Source: Clostridia bacterium
GTDB lineage: Bacteria > Bacillota > Clostridia > Oscillospirales > CAG-272
Assembly (NCBI GenBank): GCA_017461825.1
Contig: JAFTXB010000207.1
Span: 1 to 35,429 of the forward strand
DNA length: 35,429 nt
Direction of reading: 5' to 3'
Shown here: positions 16,623 through 25,000 of the stretch, in pieces
How positions within the stretch are numbered: position 1 is the first letter of the stretch
Layout: every line of letters begins with the position of its first letter
The notes under the pieces: generated by a model
Databases searched by the model: none
Seen by the model: only the letters and a program-made list of their open reading frames with translations
What the model was told of the DNA's origin: nothing
Made by a program: the position numbers and the translations under genes

Positions 16623-18245
16623 ATGAAAATAAGATTACCCGATATTGCATATGTTTTCAATGAGGAAAAAGAGTGCCGTACAATTAAATCGGAAATAAAT
16701 GATAGCATACTCGTATATTCGATACAAAATTCTTCATTAAAAGTTTCCATCATTGATAATGGCGAGGCATTGACTTATATTGTGCTTAAGTGGTTTTTAA
16801 AGGAGGATGAAAAGCGCCATGAACCGATACGGATCCTTGGAGATGCTTGGGAGAGAGGATACGGTGATCTCGAATGGCGAGGCATCGTACAGGATAGAAG
16901 CATGCCATGGTACTGCTTGGTTTCCAATGGTAGCGATACCGAACTTGATTACACCAATCGCCATACCGAAGGCTTTGGTGTAAAGGTTCGCCCTTCCGCT
17001 TTTTGCAGTTGGCAATATCTCGGAGATGAGGTGGTACTATTCTTAGATATACGATGTGGAGCAAAGGGTGTGCTATTAAACGGGAAGACTTTGGATGTAG
17101 CCGAAGTCCTGTTTAAAGACTTTTACAATCAGTCGGCGTATCAAAGCGGATGTGATTTTTGCAAATTAATGTGTACCGATCCGATTTTTCCAAAAGAAAC
17201 GGTTTATGGGTTTAACAATTGGTATTATGCCTACGGTGTCAGTTCTGATGCCGAGATAATGGAGGACACCGAACGTTTGGTTACTTCTTGCCAGGGAACA
17301 AATGTCAAACCCTATATGGTACTTGACGACGGCTGGCAAATCAATCGCGCCGATGCACCTTGGGACAGGGGCAATTCTCGCTTTCCGGACATGAGAGCCC
17401 TTGCAGAAAAGATTAAACAAAAAGGCGCTCGCCCCGGAATTTGGATTCGCCCCCTATCCGTTAGTGGGGAATCTTGTGACATTCCTGTTCAATGGAGACT
17501 GGAGCGAGAGCCGAGATATCTCGACCCTTCCCGTCCCGAAGTTTTGAAATATGTAGCAAAATGTGTTTCGACCTTAACCGATTGGGGATATGAATTGATC
17601 AAATATGATTTTGTAACCTTTGATATTATCGGGAAATGGGGATTTTCGGGTCCCGGTGTTTTGGCAGACGGAAACTGGAGCTTTTATAATCGAAGCAAAA
17701 CAACGGCAGAGATCATCGTTGATCTGTATCGTTGTATTCGTAACGCTTCCTCAGGTGCAGTACTGATTGGATGTAATGCAATCGGTCATCTATGCGCGGG
17801 TATGGTGGAAATCAATCGAACAGGTGATGATACCAGCGGAAAAGATTGGAAACGCACGCGCAGAATGGGGATAAATACGCTTGCGTTTCGCTCCATTCAG
17901 AATCGCGCATTTTACATGGCAGATGCAGATTGTGTGCCCATTACCCCAGCGGTATCATTTCAAGTAAATCGCCATTGGTTAAAGCTACTTTCGGCAAGCG
18001 ATTCGCCACTGTTTATCAGTTGGAACCCTCTTTGTAATGATGAGAAGATTAAAAAATCCGTAAGAGATGCCTTGATTCGAAATGCAGAAGGAACCGACAA
18101 GCTGATCCCTTTGGATTGGATGGAAAACAATTGCCCTTGTAAATGGTTGTTGAACGGTGAAAAAATAACAATTTCTTGGTTTAATAAAGAGATTTCACCA
18201 ATGACATCTCGTTTTATAGAGGTTATGCCTTGGGGGACTAGATAA
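16623..18245 (+). CDS. Clan GH-D alpha-galactosidase-like glycoside hydrolase (GH36/GH27-like), cytoplasmic
   Basis: TAGGAG RBS. MVLDDGWQ...RFPDMRALAEKIKQKGARPGIWIRP matches the (beta/alpha)8 DDGW block. YELIKYDF is a K-x-D nucleophile context. RTGDDTS is a candidate acid/base region. At 540 aa it is shorter than typical GH36 enzymes. Confidence 0.6.
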   Translation: MKIRLPDIAYVFNEEKECRTIKSEINDSILVYSIQNSSLKVSIIDNGEALTYIVLKWFLKEDEKRHEPIRILGDAWERGYGDLEWRGIVQDRSMPWYCLVSNGSDTELDYTNRHTEGFGVKVRPSAFCSWQYLGDEVVLFLDIRCGAKGVLLNGKTLDVAEVLFKDFYNQSAYQSGCDFCKLMCTDPIFPKETVYGFNNWYYAYGVSSDAEIMEDTERLVTSCQGTNVKPYMVLDDGWQINRADAPWDRGNSRFPDMRALAEKIKQKGARPGIWIRPLSVSGESCDIPVQWRLEREPRYLDPSRPEVLKYVAKCVSTLTDWGYELIKYDFVTFDIIGKWGFSGPGVLADGNWSFYNRSKTTAEIIVDLYRCIRNASSGAVLIGCNAIGHLCAGMVEINRTGDDTSGKDWKRTRRMGINTLAFRSIQNRAFYMADADCVPITPAVSFQVNRHWLKLLSASDSPLFISWNPLCNDEKIKKSVRDALIRNAEGTDKLIPLDWMENNCPCKWLLNGEKITISWFNKEISPMTSRFIEVMPWGTR

Positions 18246-18311
18246 TTTTATTTTTAGTAAAACTTTTTAGAAGAGGATAAATATTAATGTCTGTCATCAA
18301 CAAGGTCGGAG

Positions 18312-18355
18312 CTGTCTCAAATGCGATAAAAAGCATTTGAGGCAGTTTCTTTTTG
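18312..18355 (+). terminator. Rho-independent terminator ending the lower-GC locus
   Basis: ctgtctcaaatgc / gcatttgaggcag (one mismatch), followed by tttcttttt. Confidence 0.65.
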
Positions 18356-18401
18356 GCTATCTTAATGTGACAGCCCCCTTTTTTTGTAAAAAATACCCCG
18401 T

Positions 18402-18474
18402 ATCACCCAAAAATCACCCATCTCATCCGAAAAATCACCCGTAAATCACCCAAAAATCACCCGTGATGGGTGAT
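18402..18474. promoter_or_regulatory. Helically phased ATCACCC direct repeats with A-tracts, ending in a 7-bp-arm palindrome
   Basis: ATCACCC occurs at 18402, 18413, 18434, 18445 and 18456 (spacing 11, 21, 11, 11 bp), each preceded by A3-A5. The last copy forms ATCACCC-gtgat-GGGTGAT (18456-18474), which abuts the putative -35. Confidence 0.55.
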
Positions 18475-18502
18475 ATACAAACACAGTTTCGTATGTTATA
18501 CT
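18474..18502 (+). promoter_or_regulatory. Candidate promoter for the 18555 / giant-protein transcription unit
   Basis: tataca (18474-18479), 17 nt spacer, extended -10 tgtTATACT (18494-18502). Confidence 0.35.
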
Positions 18503-18554
18503 AATATCAGCGACAAACGAAAGAACAACGGCGTTTGCAAAAAAGAAAACGGAG

Positions 18555-19007
18555 GTGATGCAAGTGGTACAAGGCAAAGTCCTTTTTGACAGGTTCGAGT
18601 TTCCCGTGATCAGAGGACTTGACTATCTGATGGACGAAGAGAACCCAAGCACGGATTATCTGTTTATCAACGAGCCGCGCGAAAGATTTTCGATGTACTT
18701 TGAGCGAGGGCAAAAGCCCTTTGAGGTCATGGAAAACGGCGCGACGGATAAAGAGTACTGTCTGTTCCAAATGAGGCGACCGAACAGAACGATACACTTT
18801 TACTGTCCCGAGCGGCTGCCTGACAGAGAATCGGTGATGTGGTATTTTTACGTTGAGATCTTCGACGGAAACGGGCGATCTCACGTTCTGCCCGGTCAGA
18901 TGCGAGTGGTGCTTGCAGACGGCTGCCTTCGTATGAGCGGCGGAAAAGAGAAATTTATTGAAATATTGGAGAACGTACAGTTAGCAGAAGCGGGAATTAC
19001 CGCTTGA
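18555..19007 (+). CDS. Hypothetical cytoplasmic protein (about 147-150 aa)
   Basis: ORF in the GC-rich codon style. GGAGG at 18551-18555 favours a GTG start at 18564 rather than 18555 or 18558. I recognise no family motif. It ends 25 nt before the giant gene. Confidence 0.5.
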   Translation: MMQVVQGKVLFDRFEFPVIRGLDYLMDEENPSTDYLFINEPRERFSMYFERGQKPFEVMENGATDKEYCLFQMRRPNRTIHFYCPERLPDRESVMWYFYVEIFDGNGRSHVLPGQMRVVLADGCLRMSGGKEKFIEILENVQLAEAGITA

Positions 19008-19032
19008 AGGACAAATGATAGGAGGATCTATA

Positions 19033-22000
19033 ATGAAAACATCAATGAAAAAATTAACGAGCTTGTTTGTGGCACTGATGACAGTGCTTGGCATGGTAGC
19101 CTTGGTGCTGCCAACTATACAAATTTCATCAAGTGCCGGTAACGCCACTTCGGTTACGCTGACACCAACCGAGGGAGAGCCGATTCAACTGGTGGAAGAC
19201 GTAGAAACGGCAACCTATTCATGGGTTGCGGAAACGGCAACCTTAACGCTCAACGGCTGGAGCGGGCAGAGGATCACCTCAAACGGTGATGTCTTCCTGC
19301 ACCTCAAGGGCACCAACACCATCACTATGGATCCCAATGCGACCGGCACGTCGCAGATCGGTTTGGATCTCGATTCCTGCGGAGGTACCGCAATCATAAG
19401 TGCTGACGATGGCGGCGTTTTGAACATTGAAGGAAACTTAAAAACCCAGTTTTCTGCTATTGCGGGATCGTTGTACGTTGCCAACGGAACCGTGAACATT
19501 GATGTTAGCACTACCGCCGGCGGGCAGCTGTACGGTATTGAAAGAAGCCTGAGCTTTAACGCCTCTGCCACCAAGGCGGCAGAGGTCAACGTTACCATCA
19601 AACGCACGGGTGACAGCAACAGTACGATTTACGGTGTGTATAATTCAACACGTGTAGATAGCCGTGGAAATGTCGCCATAAACGTATCCTTGACAGGTAA
19701 TGAAAATGATACGCTGATTGGTCTTGACACCCTAACCGTTTATAAGGCTGCGCCCCAGATCAAGGTCAAGCTTGAAAACGGAGCGGGCGACGCGAACTCT
19801 CGCCGTGCGGTAGAGAGTTGCGAAGGTATTTCTCTGACCGAGGGCGGTAGAGTTGAGCTCAATGGAAGAATATACAGCTATTCTCTTCCTATCTACACAA
19901 ACCCCAACACAGTGACCACAACACCCGCAGACAACGAATACGTCTGGATCGAGACGGATGGAAGCGCAATGAATTCCAGTAAATTCATTCTTTGCAATCT
20001 TGACGGAACGACCTGCTACAAGACGGTTTTTGAGTATGCGACAGAGCCGGCGGCACTGAAATGGGTTGGAGAAGGGCATTTTGAAATCCCTGCCACCGTT
20101 GTGGAGGACAATGTCTCTCTCAATTTGATGGCGGGTATCCGAGGCGCAACTTACTATACCTCTCATAATAATTATTGGAATTTTGAGGTGATCGAGGGCA
20201 CGTTGCCCGAAGGGTTGGTGCTTTCTGCTAACAGCGGCGTGCTGAACGGTCAGGTCAAGACCCCTTGCGAAGCAGGCAACGTAAAGATTCGCGTCACCGA
20301 TCGCGCGGGGACTTATTATAATACTGCCGATGACAGAAGCGTGGTATTTACCATCCCTTACGGTGCGTGTGCGGATAAGGACCGTTTCCTGACCGTGGGC
20401 GATGCCGATCCGCTGGAAATGAAGCAGGACGGCTCGGGTTCGGGATGGAGCTACGATGCTGAGACCTTGACGCTGACCTTGAACAACTATAACGGCGGTC
20501 CTATCAAGGCGGAGCGACCCTTCAATATCCATTTGACGGAAACCAATACCGTAACCCTTGACGATGCTATTCAGGATACACAATACAGAAGCTACGGTAT
20601 CTGGCTGGATACCAAGGCATCGGAGGCACTGAATATCACCGCGGACGACGGCGGTGTGCTCAATATTAAGGGCACCTCGATGACAACCGATTTTTCGCTG
20701 ATGAATGTTAACCGGGTCAATATTGTCAACGGAACGCTCAATCTGACGGCAAAATCCGATTTTTCAAACGGAACCTATAGGGTGGGTGTCGGCTTTCTCG
20801 CATCCGTTACCTTCCAAGAGAATGTTGATAAAGCCGCTGCCGTTACCGTCGATCTGGAAAATACCCACGCGACAATATCTGCAAAGCTCACCGGAAACGG
20901 AACCGACTATAACGCCGGAAATATCAATATTTATGACCGCGACAATGTGACTGTAAACGTATCCGTCAAGGGAAACGCCAATACCGAAGGGTGGGCACTC
21001 TCGATGCTGAATGCCATCAACACCAACGCCGTGGTTACCGCAGTTGCGAATAATGGCGGCAGCAACAGCAAGGACTGCCTCGCATTACGAGGTTTTAGCG
21101 GTATCGTTTTAAAAGCGGGCGGTAAGGTGGATTTGACGGGCAAGGTACAATCTTATTCCCTTTATACCGTGGCAAGCCCCAATACCGTTACCACCACTCC
21201 TGCCAACAACGGCTACTATTGGTGTGATACCGATTCTCACTACTACTACACCATGTACGAGCTACGGGATTTGTATGACCAGCCCCTTACGCACACGGTA
21301 TTTGAATACTCTGCCGAAAAAGCGCCCTTTAAGTGGACGGGTGATGGATTGATCTCCATTCCGGGCGGATCCATGGGGGATTCTGTTCAGATCGACCTGC
21401 AGGCAGCTCTCGTTGGCGCTCACGGATATTATTCAAGTGCCGGCTACTGTCAGCTTGAGATTATTGAAGGTAGCCTTCCTAAGGGCTTGAGTGTGGGTCT
21501 CTATAACCATATGATCGTTGGTACGGTAAGCGCGCCTTGCGATGCGGGCGTTGTTAAGATCCGCGCGACCGATTGCGGAGGAACCTTCTCCGATGATAGT
21601 GATGACAGAGTAATCGAGTTTGAGTTAAGTTACGGTGCCTTTACAACCAATAAGCCCGTTACCGGAATTGCTCTTGATAAGGATACCCTGACATTGGAAA
21701 ATACCGGAACCGGCACGGTAAATGTTACCGTAACCCCCTCCGACGCAGCGTATCCTTACGTGACGGGTACGCAGGTAGGCAGTACCGGAGAGGTTTCTGT
21801 CTACAATATTTCCGAGCCTTTAGAGGGTGTGAGCGTTATCACCCTGAAGGCATGGGGAACTGCCGGAGCATACGTATATGACATCAAAACCGTTGAACTT
21901 GGTCTGTCCAAGATCTTGACTGTCTACGTCAAAGAAGCAATGCCCGAGCTTTCCATTGATTACCAAGGCGAAAGACTGAGCGGGCTTCAAATTGGCAAGA

Positions 22001-25000
22001 ACTACCGCATCACTCCCGAGGGGCTTGATCCCGTTGAGTTTACTGCGGACTCTTACTACTATGCGATCCCCGAGGCATGGATGGGCAAGACGGTCAGTAT
22101 TGTTTGTCTCAATGCCGAAGAAAACTGCAACAGCCCTGCGCAGGAGCTGGTAATTCCCGAAAGACCTGCGGCTCCCACGCCCGGCAAGACCGATGCATCC
22201 GGCGCGGAGGCCAACGACGGCAGCATTACGGGCGTTGCCGACACGATGCAATACAAGCAAGAGAGCCAGGATTCCTGGTACTCGGTCTACAGTGACGCGG
22301 TGAACCATCTGGGCATTGGCACCTATCACGTCAGATATCGCTCCACCGATACTGCGTTTGCAAGTAAAACCGCAACCGTTGTCATCGGCTACGGTGAGCT
22401 TGCTTTTACCGACAACGCAACATTTGATATTCCGGGCGACGAGATCAGTACCGATGTTTCGATCAACGTCAGCATGGGTGTCAGCGGCGGCAAAAAGCCC
22501 TACACCTTTAGCATCAACGGCCCCACGTGGCTTTCGATCAACGCCACCACGGGTGTCATCAGCGGCACCCGCCCCGACAGCGAGCAGGATGCAACCACGG
22601 CAACCGTTACGGTGACCGACGGCGACAGCAACAGCAAGTCGATCACGATCAATGTGGGTGCTGTCGTTCTGCCTCACGTACACGTGTACGATCAGCAAAA
22701 GATTGAGGAAACCTATAAGAAATCCGATGCCGACTGTGAAAACCCCGCGTACTACTATTACAGCTGCGTGTGCCTCATCAGGGGCTCTGAAGCCTTTGCG
22801 CACGGCGAAAAGCTCGGTCACGATTACACCGAGCAGATTGAGGACGAGGCGCATCTGAAAACCAAGGGTGCCGACTGTCAGCACAAAAACGTTTATTGGT
22901 ACGATTGCTCGCGCTGTGCGGCAAACGCAAAGGACGATCCCGCGGCAACCGATAAGTTCTACAACGGAACGTCGGTTGGAGATCACTCCTTTGACACCGA
23001 AAACTGGGGATACCGTGGAGCCGAGGGGCATGCGCACCTTTGTACGGTAGAAAACTGCGGTGCGCACGATACTCCCGTGGCGCACACCCCCGGCGACGAG
23101 GCAACCGAGCTGGCTCCCCAGCTTTGCACGGCCTGCTCCTATGAGATCGCGCCCAAAAAGCCTCACGTGCACACCATTCAAAAGAAGAACGCTGCAACTC
23201 CCGACTGTACCAACACGGGTAACATCGCGTACTACTACTGCACGGGGCTTTGCGGCAAGTATTTCTCGGACGAGGCGGGAACACAGGAGATCGCGGATAA
23301 GACCAGCGTCATTCTTTCGGCGCTTGGACACGACTACAGCGAGAAGCTTCAAAATGAGGCGCACGTCAAGGGCGGCGGCTCCAACTGTCAGGAGCTCTAC
23401 GTCTACTGGTACAACTGCTCGCGCTGTACGGCATGCGCCAAGGACGACGCGGGTGCCGCAGATAAGTTCTATACGGGAACGCTGTACGGCAACCACGAGT
23501 ATGATCAGACCAAATTTGCCTATCGGGATGCCGAGGGGCACGCGCGTGTTTGTAAGATCGAGGGCTGCGGCGCGCACGATATGCTGCGCAATCACAACAA
23601 GGATACGTCATCCTATCGCACCGACGGAACCAACCACTGGTACGTCTGCTCCGATTGCGGCTACGAAATGGATGTTACGGCACACGTCTACACCAACGCT
23701 TGCGACACCGAATGCAACGTCTGTAGCTATACCCGATCCATTACGCACCAATATAAAGAAACGCTGACCAAGAACGCCAACAAGCATTGGTATGAGTGCT
23801 CGGTTTGCAGTGCCAAGAAGGAGGAGGCTGATCACGACTATGACCATGCCTGCGACACCACCTGCGACACCTGCGGACACACCCGTTCGATCACGCACAG
23901 CTACTCCAATGAGTGGACAAAGGATGAAAACAAGCATTGGCACGTTTGCACGGTCTGCGGCTCGAAGAAGGACGAGGCAACTCACACCCCCGGCGCGGCG
24001 GCAACCGAGACCACGCCTCAAACCTGTAATATCTGCGGATACGTGATCGCCCCCGCGACGGGACATATCACGCACACCCCTGTCGATGCATGGTCGCACA
24101 ACGAAACCCACCACTGGCACGCGTGTGTTGGATGTCTGGAGCAACAGTTTGAAAAGACAGAGCACGTCTATGACAACGCCTGCGACACCGACTGCAACGT
24201 CTGCGGATACACCCGTACCGTTACGCATCAGTACGGAGACGAATGGTCAAAGAATGAGACCAAGCATTGGCACGAATGCTCGGTCTGCGGAGCCAAAAAG
24301 GAAGAGGCGGATCACGTCTTTGACAATGCTTGCGATACTGCCTGCAACACCTGCGGCGCTACGCGCGAAACCACCCACAGCTATTCGCAAACGCTGTTTA
24401 AGAACGATGGCAAGCACTGGTACGAGTGTACCTCTTGCGGAGCAAAGAAGGATGAAGCAGATCACTCCTTTGATCATGCCTGCGATCCCTCCTGCGATCT
24501 CTGCGGCTATACACGCTCGGTATCTCACAGCTACGCGCAGGAATGGTTCAGCAATGAAACCCGACATTGGCACGCCTGCACGGTCTGCGGAGCCAAAAAG
24601 GATGAGGCGACCCACACGGCAGGAGCTGCCGCTACGGAGACAACGCCTCAGGTCTGCACGGTCTGCGGTTATATCATAGCCCCTGCCACGGGTCACACAA
24701 CTCACACCCCCGCCGATACATGGTCGAGTGATGCAACGCACCACTGGCACGAATGTACGGGCTGTCATGGTCAACAGCTTGACAAAGCAGAGCACGTCTA
24801 TGACAATTCCTGCGACACCGACTGCAACGTCTGCGGTAAAATCAGAACGGTAACCCACGATTACCGTGCGGAGTGGCAGAAAAATGAGAGCGGACATTGG
24901 CACGAATGCGCGGTCTGCTCGGCAAAGAAGGATGAGGGCGCCCACACGCCCGGTGCGGCTGCAACGGAGACAACGCCTCAGGTCTGCACGGTCTGCGGAT

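Noticed and set aside
18402-18474. The ATCACCC repeat array as a CRISPR array.
   Set aside because: The repeats are only 7-9 bp at 11-bp spacing, with no spacers of CRISPR length, and there are no cas genes.
23683-24942. The C-x3-C-x2-C motifs as radical-SAM or ferredoxin-type Fe-S cluster sites.
   Set aside because: The motif recurs as a structural repeat in the extracellular portion of a secreted, membrane-anchored protein. There are no SAM-binding (GGE-type) or TIM-barrel elements, so an enzyme core is implausible.
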